Notes: generated by a model from the letters alone, not told the origin. Positions 38,608 through 48,139 are shown, counted from the first letter of the stretch. The stretch: 64,000 nucleotides of DNA from Thermoguttaceae bacterium (GCA_039698075.1 JBDKTJ010000003.1:3101-67100), one strand, 5' to 3'. Numbers and translations are program-made.

Positions 38608-41600
38608 ATGTCGCCGGCGGCCGAACAAGTGATCGAACGACTCGACGCCACGCGGCAGAAGTGGTGGCTTTTCTCGCTATTGAGCACCGCGTCGCTGGCG
38701 ATTTGCGTTTCGCTGGGCGCGCTGATGCTTTGCCTGGCGGCCGATTCGCTTTGGCGGTTTTCGCAGCCGACGCTCATCGCGCTTTTTTCGGCCTGGGTGG
38801 CGCTGAGCGCCCTGATTTTCGCCGGCCTGATCCGACGGCTGCTGCGCGGCCAACGCAGCATCGAGGCCGTCGCCCGGCGTTTGGAAACCGAATTTCCCGA
38901 ACTCGGCAGCCGGCTGATCAACGTCGTCCAGTTGGCCGAGGACGAACGAAACGTCGATCGCCAATTTTGCGAGGCCGCGGTCCGACAATCCGCCGCCGAA
39001 ATCGGTCCGCTCGCCTTCGACCGGGCCGCCTACCATCATTCGCGCTGGCGACGGCTTCGCGAGTGCATGCAAATGCCGCGCGATTTGATCGAATCGCTCG
39101 TGGTCTTGAGTCTGCTGATTGCCGCGGCCATGCTCGGCCCGCGATGGCTTCCGGCCTGGAGTTCCTCGGCTTCGCGCATCCTGACGCCTTGGCAATTCAC
39201 GCCATCGGTCGGCGCGGTTCGGATTGTGAAGGTCACGCCGGGCGACGCCGACGTGTTGCTCGGCGCCAGCGTGGCCATCGTGGCGGAAATCGACAATCCC
39301 GACCGTCTCGTCCACCGGGGTACGTTGTTCGTCCGGCCCGAAGGCGAGCCGGAATCGCCCCTGCCCATGACCGCCGACGAAAGTTATCGGCGATACCAGG
39401 CCGTCGTTCCTTCGGTCCTGAAACCGTTTCGGTATTGGCTCGAGGTGGGCGATTCGCAAACGGCGGCGTTTTCGATCCGCGTGCGGGAAAAACCGATCGT
39501 TGCCGGCTCGGAGGTCGTTTTCCACTTTCCGGAGTATCTCCAGCGAAAGGACGAACCGGCCGGCTCGTCGGGCTTGGATCTCGAAGCCCCGCAGTTCACC
39601 GTGGCCGAGTTGCGGCTAAAAACCTCGTCGCCCATCGCCAAAGGTTTTTTGGAGGCCGACGGCGAGCGTGTGACGGGCCTCGTGTCGGACGACGGACGAC
39701 GGCTTTCGGCGTCGCTGCCGATGTGGAAAAACGGTTCCTACGCGGTTCATTTGTTGGACGACGGCGGCCGAGGCGATCCCAGTCCGCGGTTGAATCGCAT
39801 CACGGTGCAGACGGACCAGCCGCCGACGGTCGAGCTGCTCAAACCGGCCCCGCACACGACCGTGGCCCCGTCGACGACGGTGCAGATCGCCGTGCGCGCC
39901 GGCGACGATCACGGATTGGGACAAGTGCGCGTGGAAATGAAAGTGGCCGCCTCCTCCGAGACGGAGTCCGACGACGCGGAACGTCCGATCGCGGTGGTCC
40001 GCCAATGGAACCATTTCGGCGACGCATCGACCACGTCCGTCGTGCGGCGTTGCGAGATCCGACTGACGCCGAAATTGATTCAACCGGGCCAAACGTTGTT
40101 GGTGCGCGCCGTGGCCCGGGATCGCCGTTCGATCCACGATGGGGGGCTCGATCTGCGTCCGCAAGAGACGACAAGCGGTTGGTGCGCGGTGAAAATCGTC
40201 ACGGACGCAGCCCAAGCGACGGAAGCCGTCAACCAAATGCAAAGCCTCCACGCCGTTCTGCAACAAATGCTCGAAAAACAAGTCGCGGCCCGCGTCGACG
40301 CAGGCAGAGAAAAGGCGGAACTTGCGAAACGGAAAAATCCGTCTTCGGCCGACGTCTCCATCCGGTCGAGACAAATTGAGATTCAGAAATCCGCCGTCGC
40401 GTTGACGGAGTCGCTCGCCAAGGCGCAGGGCGACGAGTTGTCGGCGGTTCGACGCGCTCTCGCGGCGCTTTCGACCGGCGAAATGCTGTCGGCCGTCGCG
40501 CAGTGCGACGCGCTCGTACAGCCGCAGTCGCCGGCGGACCGAGCCGCGACGCTTGAGTCGCTCATCGCCGGGCAAGACCGCGTGATCGCGACGCTGCGCA
40601 AGTTGCTCGGCGCGATGCGCCACGCGCAGGCCGAAGCGTCGTCGGAGATGAAAAAACGGCCCGGCGGCGATCTACCCAACGATGCACGACAGAAGCTGGC
40701 CGAGCTGCGAGACCGGCTCGACAAGTTCCTAAAGCAGCAGAAAAAGGTGATCGAAGCGAGCGAAAATCTCGCCAAGACGCCGGTTGAGGATTTTACGAAA
40801 GAGCAAGAAGCGTTGCTGCAAAGTCTGGCCGCGGCGGAAGACGATCTGGCGAAGTTCATCAACGAGTTGCACTCCGATTTCAGTAAACTGCCGGAGCAGG
40901 ATTTCGCCAATCCTTCGACGGCCAAGGAGCTGGTTGACATTCAGACGCAGTTAAAAATGGCCGAGGACGCGCTGACCAAGAAATCGACCGACATCGCCGT
41001 CCCGTTGGAACAGTTGGGCTACGAGATGGCCGAGGAGTTGAAGACCAACTTGGAGAAATGGCTGCCCGACTCGCCCGACCGCGAAAAGTGGAGCCAAGAG
41101 GAATCGCCGACCGACAAGGATAAAGAGGCCCCGATGGCCGAACTGCCGGGCGAGTTGGAGGACATGGTCGGTGAACTGATGGAACAGGAGGAAGACCTGT
41201 TCGATGAAATGGAAGACGTTTCGAGCAGCGCGGCCGACTCGCTCGACAAGGGCGCCGGTTGGGACGCGGTGGACGGTCCGATCTCAAACATGTCGGGCAA
41301 AGGCGTCACGGGCAACCGGCTGCCCAACACCAGCGAGATCGGCGGTCGAGCCGGCGAAGGACGGCAGGCCAAATCGAGCGGCGAGTTCGTCGGCGATGAG
41401 GCCGTCGGCAAAGGCGGACGCCGCACGCCCAGCCGATTGGCGCCCGATCCGTTCGTGCAAGGCGACATCAAGGATCGCAGCGGACAGTCGGCCGGCGGCG
41501 CGACCGGCGGGGGCAAACGAAGCGGGCAGGGGGGTGAAGGGCTCGAAGGTCCGCAGCCGCGAGGGATCGACCCACGCGACGCCCAACGACTGGCCGGACG

Positions 41601-41958
41601 TCAGGCTCAATTGCGAAACAAGACGGAGGCCGTCAACCTCCAACTTCAAGTGAAAAACTTTCATCACACCGACCTGAAGAAAACCATCGAAGCGATGGCG
41701 CAGGTCGAACGCGACTTGAAGGCCGGCCGCTATCAAAACGCGATGCGACAACGGCCCGTGCTGTTGGATGGCTTGAAGAATGTCAAGCAACACCTCCAAG
41801 GCGAATTCGAAGTCCGGCAAGACACCACCACGAACCTGCCGTCCGACGTCCGAAAAGAAATCCTCGGCGGAATGAAAGATCCGTCGCCCGCCGGATGGGA
41901 AGCATTGAACCGCCGGTATTTTGAACGACTCTCTGGAGGGAAAAACGAGAAACCGTAG
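38608..41958 (+). CDS. Large membrane protein, DUF4175-like
   Basis: 1116 aa with N-terminal paired TM helices followed by RSIEAVARRLETEFPELGSRLINVVQL, and a long coiled-coil/acidic C-half with a Gly/Arg-rich segment. The family call is from memory of the N-terminal pattern. Confidence 0.6.
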   Translation: MSPAAEQVIERLDATRQKWWLFSLLSTASLAICVSLGALMLCLAADSLWRFSQPTLIALFSAWVALSALIFAGLIRRLLRGQRSIEAVARRLETEFPELGSRLINVVQLAEDERNVDRQFCEAAVRQSAAEIGPLAFDRAAYHHSRWRRLRECMQMPRDLIESLVVLSLLIAAAMLGPRWLPAWSSSASRILTPWQFTPSVGAVRIVKVTPGDADVLLGASVAIVAEIDNPDRLVHRGTLFVRPEGEPESPLPMTADESYRRYQAVVPSVLKPFRYWLEVGDSQTAAFSIRVREKPIVAGSEVVFHFPEYLQRKDEPAGSSGLDLEAPQFTVAELRLKTSSPIAKGFLEADGERVTGLVSDDGRRLSASLPMWKNGSYAVHLLDDGGRGDPSPRLNRITVQTDQPPTVELLKPAPHTTVAPSTTVQIAVRAGDDHGLGQVRVEMKVAASSETESDDAERPIAVVRQWNHFGDASTTSVVRRCEIRLTPKLIQPGQTLLVRAVARDRRSIHDGGLDLRPQETTSGWCAVKIVTDAAQATEAVNQMQSLHAVLQQMLEKQVAARVDAGREKAELAKRKNPSSADVSIRSRQIEIQKSAVALTESLAKAQGDELSAVRRALAALSTGEMLSAVAQCDALVQPQSPADRAATLESLIAGQDRVIATLRKLLGAMRHAQAEASSEMKKRPGGDLPNDARQKLAELRDRLDKFLKQQKKVIEASENLAKTPVEDFTKEQEALLQSLAAAEDDLAKFINELHSDFSKLPEQDFANPSTAKELVDIQTQLKMAEDALTKKSTDIAVPLEQLGYEMAEELKTNLEKWLPDSPDREKWSQEESPTDKDKEAPMAELPGELEDMVGELMEQEEDLFDEMEDVSSSAADSLDKGAGWDAVDGPISNMSGKGVTGNRLPNTSEIGGRAGEGRQAKSSGEFVGDEAVGKGGRRTPSRLAPDPFVQGDIKDRSGQSAGGATGGGKRSGQGGEGLEGPQPRGIDPRDAQRLAGRQAQLRNKTEAVNLQLQVKNFHHTDLKKTIEAMAQVERDLKAGRYQNAMRQRPVLLDGLKNVKQHLQGEFEVRQDTTTNLPSDVRKEILGGMKDPSPAGWEALNRRYFERLSGGKNEKP

Positions 41959-42000
41959 GGGGAACGTCGTTCGGAGATGGTCGCTTGGTCTGGTCGGGAA

Positions 42001-42124
42001 CGGTCCGTGTGAGAAGGAAAAAGGGGAAATGGGAAAAAAGGAAAGAGCGGAAAGCGATACGACTTGCCTCGTGGAGAGAACCTCTTCTGTTTTCTTCCCT
42101 TTTCCCCATTTTTCCATTTTTCCT
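42001..42124. repeat. Gene-less inverted repeat related to the arms of the GxxExxY cassette
   Basis: The left arm is CGGTCCGTGTGAGAAGGAAAAAGGGGAAATGGGAAAAAAGGAAAGAG (42001-42047). After about 35 nt comes the complementary C/T-rich tract CTCTTCTGTTTTCTTCCCTTTTCCCCATTTTTCCATTTTTCC (42083-42124). Confidence 0.8.
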
Positions 42125-42130
42125 GTTGCG

Positions 42131-43201
42131 ATGGCTGTATTGCTGTGTGCGACGATGCTTGCGGCGGCGTTTGCCTCGGACGAGAAGAAGGTTGTCATTC
42201 CCTTCGATTTCGTTTCGACGTTCGACGACGGCCGTTACGGTCAAATGGTCGGCGATTTGATCTGGAAGAAACTCTCTCGCCAAGGCGGATTCATTTTGCC
42301 GGAATCGATGCTCGACGTGCGAGAGTATTGCCAGTCGCATCACATCACGGTTTCGCCGGAGATGGATTTGGCGACGGTCGAAAAGATCGTCCGATCCGAT
42401 TTCAACGCGGAGATCGGCGTTTGGGGGCGCGTCGAACGCGCGCCGGACGCTGCGGCGGACGTCTACGATTTGACGATTTGGTGCGTCGATTTTTCGACCC
42501 CCTCGAAACCCCGGGTGATTTATCAAACGAAAACCCGCACCCGCTCGGTCAGCGAAATCCCGCACCGCTATGTCGCGGCGATGCTCGACGCGCTCGGTCC
42601 ACGTCCGCCGGCCGGTCCGTCGACAGCGAATCCCGCGGCCGAAGAGAACTGGCGCACCCGGCCCAACCTGGTGCTTGGCGATTTTCAACGCGGCAAGGAC
42701 GGCGTGCCCAATGGCTGGGAGAAAGTGGCCGGCCAGCAACGCGAACCGCTGGGCGGATTGGTCCGGTGGGCCGACGAACGCGGAAAATCCGACAACCAAG
42801 TCGTGCGGTTCACGCTCGACAAAAACGTCGCCGAAAACGAGGGCGTGATGTATTACAGCCAGCGTTTTCCGATCCGCCCGGGCGCGACCTATCGGTTTCA
42901 GTGTCGGTGGCGGTCGAACGGACCGGCAGTCAAAGTCTTCGTGAAGTGTTATGATGAGCAACGCGGTCCTTACGACGCCGCGACCAAACAGCCGCGCGAG
43001 GTCTACCGCTGCCAGATGAACTTGAAGGGCGAGCCGAACGTTTGGAACACGCACGCCGAAGATTTTACGCCGAACCATCCGAGATATTCGCCGAAGTGGG
43101 GCCGCGTGATGCTTTACGCCTATTTGAAACCCGGCGAGGTCGAGTTTGACGACGTCGTGGTCAAGCTGATCCAAGAATCATCGCGCGCTCAAGAGGATTG
43201 A
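42131..43201 (+). CDS. Exported hypothetical protein with a C-terminal jelly-roll (CBM-like) appearance
   Basis: Signal peptide MAVLLCATMLAAAFA. The C-half (GWEKVAG...VRFTLDKN...YRFQCRWRSNG...VFVKCY...GEVEFDDVVV) resembles carbohydrate-binding beta-sandwich modules, a weak call. The stop overlaps the next start by 1 nt. Confidence 0.55.
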   Translation: MAVLLCATMLAAAFASDEKKVVIPFDFVSTFDDGRYGQMVGDLIWKKLSRQGGFILPESMLDVREYCQSHHITVSPEMDLATVEKIVRSDFNAEIGVWGRVERAPDAAADVYDLTIWCVDFSTPSKPRVIYQTKTRTRSVSEIPHRYVAAMLDALGPRPPAGPSTANPAAEENWRTRPNLVLGDFQRGKDGVPNGWEKVAGQQREPLGGLVRWADERGKSDNQVVRFTLDKNVAENEGVMYYSQRFPIRPGATYRFQCRWRSNGPAVKVFVKCYDEQRGPYDAATKQPREVYRCQMNLKGEPNVWNTHAEDFTPNHPRYSPKWGRVMLYAYLKPGEVEFDDVVVKLIQESSRAQED

Positions 43202-44310
43202 TGAGCGACCGATTCGCTGAAGGAACCAAGACCATCGCACACGCTCAGGAATATACCGCGAACGACTTCGGCGTAAGCCCGCTGATGTTCTATTACGAAA
43301 CGACGCAGGCCTGCGATTTGGTGTGCAAACACTGTCGCGCTTCGGCCCAGGAGCAAGCGGCCCCCGGCGAGCTTTCGACGGACCAAGCCAAGGCGTTGTT
43401 CGACCAGGCGGCCTGTTTTCCGCGGCGTCCGACGTTGGTGCTGACCGGCGGCGATCCGTTAAAGCGGCCCGACCTGTTCGAGCTGATCCGCCACGCGCGG
43501 TCCGTGGGCTTGCAAGTCGCGTTGACGCCGGCCGCCACGCCGTTGGCCACGTTCGAGGCGTTGGCCGCCGCACGAGACGCCGGCGTCGACCGGCTGGGCA
43601 TCAGCCTGGACGGGGTGGACGTCGCCACGCACGACGCTTTTCGCGGGTGGCCGGGCAGTTTCGACCGGACGATGCAAATGCTGGCCGACGCTCGAACGCT
43701 GCGGATGCCGGTCCAACTGAACACGACCGTCACCCGGCGCAACGTCGACCAGATCGACGCGATGGCCGAATTGTTGGCCGGACTGGGCGTCGCCATGTGG
43801 TCGGTGTTTTTTTTGGTGCCCGTCGGACGCGGCGTCGAAGAACAACGGATTTCGCCCGACGAATATGAAGCGGTGTTCGAGCGGCTTTGGCGTCAGTCGC
43901 AACGGCGTCCGTATGCGATCAAAACGACCGAAGCGCCGCACTACCGTCGCTACGTATTGCAGCAGGGCGGCGATCCGCTGGCCGGACCGCACGGTTCGCG
44001 GCCTTCACAACGCCGGGCGCCGCTGGGCGTGGGCGACGGCAAAGGCATTATGTTCGTCGGCCACACCGGCGAAATCTATCCCGCCGGGTTTCTGCCGATC
44101 CGATGCGGACGATTCCCCGACAATTCGTTGATCGAGGTGTACCAAAACCATCCGGTCTTTCTGGCGTTGCGAGATCCGGATCGGTTCAAGGGTCGCTGCG
44201 GCGTCTGCGAGTATCGCCACGTGTGCGGCGGAAGTCGCGCCCGAGCCATGGCGCTGACCGGCGATTATCTGGAGTCGGACCCCGACTGCAACTATCAGCC
44301 GAAATGCTGA
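43201..44310 (+). CDS. Radical SAM/SPASM domain protein (TIGR04053-like)
   Basis: CDLVCKHC cluster motif, LVLTGGDPLKRPDLFELI, and a C-terminal Cys-rich SPASM region GRCGVCEYRHVCGGSRARA. Confidence 0.8.
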   Translation: MSDRFAEGTKTIAHAQEYTANDFGVSPLMFYYETTQACDLVCKHCRASAQEQAAPGELSTDQAKALFDQAACFPRRPTLVLTGGDPLKRPDLFELIRHARSVGLQVALTPAATPLATFEALAAARDAGVDRLGISLDGVDVATHDAFRGWPGSFDRTMQMLADARTLRMPVQLNTTVTRRNVDQIDAMAELLAGLGVAMWSVFFLVPVGRGVEEQRISPDEYEAVFERLWRQSQRRPYAIKTTEAPHYRRYVLQQGGDPLAGPHGSRPSQRRAPLGVGDGKGIMFVGHTGEIYPAGFLPIRCGRFPDNSLIEVYQNHPVFLALRDPDRFKGRCGVCEYRHVCGGSRARAMALTGDYLESDPDCNYQPKC

Positions 44311-44383
44311 AGAGACCATTCCTCGCTTCGATGGCCCTCGACGGCAAACGAAACGGGGTCGGTCGTCTTCCGAGCGAGAACGG

Positions 44384-47263
44384 CTACGCGGCCCGGGCCA
44401 GCGGCCATTCCGCCGGTTGCAGTTCGAGTCGAGCGGTCCTGTCCAAGGCGGCGATCGTCGCGGCGGCCGACTCGTTCCAACTCCAGGGACGTTTTGTCAG
44501 CAACGTCACGCCGGGCTCGCGCAGTGCGCGGTCCAGTTGGTCGGGGTCGGAGAAATCGATCTGAAATCGCGAGGGGATCCCCAGTTCGCGGAAGATTTCG
44601 AGCCGCGACACCAGGATCTTCTTGCCGGCCTCGAAAGCCTCCATCACCGGAAGCCCAAAACCTTCGAACGACGAGGGGAACACGACGCATTGGGCCCCGC
44701 GATACAGTTGTCGCACTCGCTGGTACGACACATAGCCCAGGTGCCGAACCGTGTCGTCCAGCCCCAGCCGATGGATTTGCTTTTGCAGGTTTTTCCAATA
44801 GGCCGTTTGAATGCCCGACAACACGAGCTGGTAGTCGAAGCGGCCTTTCGACTTCAACGCCGCGATCGACTCGAGCAGCGTTCGATGGTTCTTGTGCGGT
44901 CGCGTGATGGCGGGAAAATACACGTATTTTTGATCGGGCAGGGCGTCGGCCTCACACGCTTCGAACGCGCCGAACTCCCATCCGTGCGGCACCACGTCGA
45001 TCCGATCGGCGGCGATGTCGTAATGGTTAAGAATCGTGTTCTTCGTGAACTGCGAAATGGCGATGATCCGATCCGCCCGAGCCATCGCATACGCGTAGCT
45101 TCGCTGCCGAAACATCCGCTGCATCGGCGTAAGATACTGCGGCAACACCAAGTGGTACAGATCATGGACGACCAGCGCGCAGGGGGCTTCGACCACTTTC
45201 GGAAAGATCGACTGCTGAGGGAACAACACCACGTCGGGCCGAAGACTCTCAAGGACTTTTTCGACGCCCCTGGCGCGGTAAGGACCGACGGCCTCCAACC
45301 CACGCATGCCGAAAATTTGCCGGGCGCTGTAGTCGACGACCGCTCGCTCCATGCCTGGAAAGACGTTCTGCGACGCCAGATCGCGGTCCATCAACAGGAC
45401 GATTTCGTGCCGCCGGCCGGCATCGGGCAGCCGTGCGACGAGTTGTCGCAGATAGGTTTCCGTGCCGCCGATTTTCCCCGGCCGAAAATTCAGCAGGCTG
45501 ATTACCACGCGAGCCGCCGGCCGTTCGTGAAGCTTCAGAATCGTGCAAGACGCATGAACGGTCCGATCCTCGCCTTCCGATCGATCGGCAACCTGCTTCG
45601 CCGCGTCGCGACGAAAGGCCAAGATGCGGCCGTCGGACGCGTTTTCTGAACGGTCGAAACAGACCGCCGGCTTGTCGGAAGGAACCGGCGTCGCGTTGTC
45701 GTCGCCGGCGTCGCCGCGAATCGGCAAGATCGCTCGAGGCTCTTCCGTCTCGCTCGACGGGTCGTCGCACGAGTCCAACTCCGCCAAGGCCGACCGCAGT
45801 TGACGCGAAACCACGTCGGGATGGGACACTTTTTGCATCCGCTGCCTGGCGGCCGAAGCCAGCGCGTCATAGGCCGCCCGATCTTCCTTGGCGATCCGGT
45901 AGCTCCGGCGAATCTGCTCGACCAAGGACGTCCAGACCAGCCGATGCCAAGTGCTCCGCCAACGCAATCGCGAATCCTGCGGCCACGCGCACGGCTCCGG
46001 ATGCGATTCAACGACGAATCCAACGTCGGCGTCGAAATAGTCGGCGATCGCGGAATGCGACGGCGAGATGCCCGGCCGACCCGCCGCCAAATAGTTCATC
46101 AACGGCAAACAATTGCCCTCGGCCCGCGTGGTCGTCAAATAGTACGTGCTTGCGCGGGCCAACTCCAGCATGTCGGCCTCGGCCAGGAAATCGGAAACGA
46201 TCGCCACGCGACAGCGATGCGAATAGTCCAAGTGACGATAGAATTGCACCACTTGCCCGACGGCCGCGGGATCGCTGCTGGCCAGCTTGATCACCAACGT
46301 GGCGTCCTCGCAGTCGCGCAGTGCGCAGAGAAACGCCGTGATCATGTCCTGCCAGTTTTTGCGACCATCGGCCGGATTGAAAATGCTCGTATAAACGATG
46401 CCGTCCAGATCGAGCCACCGATCGCGGCGGCACGCAAACGTCCCATGTCGCCACGCAGCCAAGCCGGCTCTCAACGCGGCGCCGACCGCCGTCCGCAAAC
46501 GACCCGGCAAACAGGGCTTCACCAGCCGCCGATACCCACGAAGCCCCCACACGCGAGCCGTCTCGCGCCAGCAGCGCGACGGTTCTCCCGCGGAACCTTG
46601 CGGCGTCTCGAACGTCTGCGCGTCTTGTTGCGGAAAGACGTAGGGCGAGCAATTCAAGGCGGTTCGTCGCTCGGACCGCCAACGAGGCATGTCGAAATAG
46701 CACTCCGGCGTCGGCACGGCGACGATTCGGATCGGCGTCCGAACTCCCGCCGATTCCAGCGCGCGGGCCGTGAACGAACCGCCCACCCACACCATCGCGC
46801 AACGATTGGCCGTGGCCACCCAATCATTCTGTGGATTGCCGTCAAATGCCGCGTCAGGAATGTCGGGAAACTCCCAGGCGGGCACGACCACATTGCGGAC
46901 CGAAGGACTCAGTTCGGCGTCCTGGAACGGGCGGAAACTCACATGCACCGGATCGAACCCCTGCCGGCGAGCCGCCTCCGCCGCTTGAGCCAAGTCGCTG
47001 CGAGGATCCTGAATCTCCGTTAGCTTGCCAAGCCGTCGAAACAAAGGGGCGAACAATTTCGCGACGAAATCGTACGAATAGCCCGCGGTCCCAAGCCGCC
47101 GTCCTTCCGTCGCGCCGCTGGCATACGAGGACAACAGAATGGCCCGAGTCGACGAAGACGCCGCGACATCCTCTTCCCGAACCACTCGCAACGATGGTGT
47201 GCCCCTCGATTGTTGTCCATAGGCAAGCATCAGGTCGCTCCACATTCCCTCAATCAGAGACAA
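44384..47263 (-). CDS. Tandem glycosyltransferase fusion (two GT-B/GT4-like modules)
   Basis: 959 aa. The C-terminal module is classical GT4 (GGTETYLRQL..., FPSSFEGFGLPVMEAFEAGKKILVS). The N-terminal half has a second GT-B C-lobe motif (TTTRAEGNCLPLMNYLAAGRPGISP). Confidence 0.75.
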   Translation of the reverse strand: MSLIEGMWSDLMLAYGQQSRGTPSLRVVREEDVAASSSTRAILLSSYASGATEGRRLGTAGYSYDFVAKLFAPLFRRLGKLTEIQDPRSDLAQAAEAARRQGFDPVHVSFRPFQDAELSPSVRNVVVPAWEFPDIPDAAFDGNPQNDWVATANRCAMVWVGGSFTARALESAGVRTPIRIVAVPTPECYFDMPRWRSERRTALNCSPYVFPQQDAQTFETPQGSAGEPSRCWRETARVWGLRGYRRLVKPCLPGRLRTAVGAALRAGLAAWRHGTFACRRDRWLDLDGIVYTSIFNPADGRKNWQDMITAFLCALRDCEDATLVIKLASSDPAAVGQVVQFYRHLDYSHRCRVAIVSDFLAEADMLELARASTYYLTTTRAEGNCLPLMNYLAAGRPGISPSHSAIADYFDADVGFVVESHPEPCAWPQDSRLRWRSTWHRLVWTSLVEQIRRSYRIAKEDRAAYDALASAARQRMQKVSHPDVVSRQLRSALAELDSCDDPSSETEEPRAILPIRGDAGDDNATPVPSDKPAVCFDRSENASDGRILAFRRDAAKQVADRSEGEDRTVHASCTILKLHERPAARVVISLLNFRPGKIGGTETYLRQLVARLPDAGRRHEIVLLMDRDLASQNVFPGMERAVVDYSARQIFGMRGLEAVGPYRARGVEKVLESLRPDVVLFPQQSIFPKVVEAPCALVVHDLYHLVLPQYLTPMQRMFRQRSYAYAMARADRIIAISQFTKNTILNHYDIAADRIDVVPHGWEFGAFEACEADALPDQKYVYFPAITRPHKNHRTLLESIAALKSKGRFDYQLVLSGIQTAYWKNLQKQIHRLGLDDTVRHLGYVSYQRVRQLYRGAQCVVFPSSFEGFGLPVMEAFEAGKKILVSRLEIFRELGIPSRFQIDFSDPDQLDRALREPGVTLLTKRPWSWNESAAATIAALDRTARLELQPAEWPLARAA

Positions 47264-47538
47264 GTCAACACAAGAAAGCCTGGCAATCTACACAAGCAAC
47301 ACAAACCACGTCACTTCTTTTGCCCATCTAATTGCCGTCAAAAGTTGCGCATCTTATCGGCAATTCCATCCCTCATTGTGCAACCCAATCGGGTAGAAAT
47401 GGAAAAAACACGGATGCCCGTGCCGTCCTCGAACGAGCCTGCGTCTGCGTTGACGCTCCGATGGACGCCGGGTACGATGGGGACAAGCCCGGCGGCGCTG
47501 CAAATGCGACCTGCTTTTAAAAACCTGCAAGTCTTGCC

Positions 47539-48096
47539 ATGCCAATCCTTAAGGAAGAAACAAGCCTCTATCCCGAGACGTTGTTGGACGCCGCGCCGAT
47601 GGACTTGCCTGATCGACGTTGGCTGGCGATCTACACCAAGGCACGGCAGGAGAAGTCGCTGGCCCGAGAATTGTTGCGGTATCGGATTCCCTTCTATTTG
47701 CCGCTGGTCCGAAAGACCAATGTCTCACAGGGTCGACGACGCACGTCGCTAACCCCCCTATTTGACGGGTACTTATTCCTTTACAGTGCGGAGCAGGAAC
47801 GTGTCCGAGCCCTAACGACGAACCGGATTTCTCGTATTTTGGTGGTCGAGGATTCGGAGCAGTTGCTTTTCGATCTTCGCCAAATTCACCAGCTTATCGC
47901 ATCCAAAGCACCGTTGACGGTGGAAAGCCGGATGGGGCCTGGTCAAAGGGTCCGCGTTCGTTCGGGGGCGTTTGCGGGGCTAGAAGGGGCCGTGTTGAAG
48001 CGTCGCGGGGAGACCCGACTTCTGGTCAGCATCAACTTCCTCCAGAAGGGCGCATCCGTCGAGATCGACGATTTCATGCTGGATCCGATCGAGTGA
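47539..48096 (+). CDS. NusG-paralog transcription antiterminator (RfaH/UpxY-like; NGN plus KOW)
   Basis: 185 aa. NGN-like W(L)AIYTKARQEKSLARELLRYRIPFYLPL...LFDGYLFL and KOW-like GQRVRVRSGAFAGLEGAVLK. Confidence 0.75.
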   Translation: MPILKEETSLYPETLLDAAPMDLPDRRWLAIYTKARQEKSLARELLRYRIPFYLPLVRKTNVSQGRRRTSLTPLFDGYLFLYSAEQERVRALTTNRISRILVVEDSEQLLFDLRQIHQLIASKAPLTVESRMGPGQRVRVRSGAFAGLEGAVLKRRGETRLLVSINFLQKGASVEIDDFMLDPIE

Positions 48097-48139
48097 AAGG
48101 GGAAATTGTAGAATTCCCCCACTTTTTTCGGTCAAACCC

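Noticed and set aside
47354-47361. Perfect sigma-28 -10 word GCCGATAA on the minus strand, upstream of the giant GT gene
   Set aside because: No TAAA-type -35 element lies at the proper 15-nt spacing. An 8-mer like this is expected by chance about once in 128 kb of two-strand sequence. It also forms part of the AATTGCCG/CGGCAATT inverted repeat.
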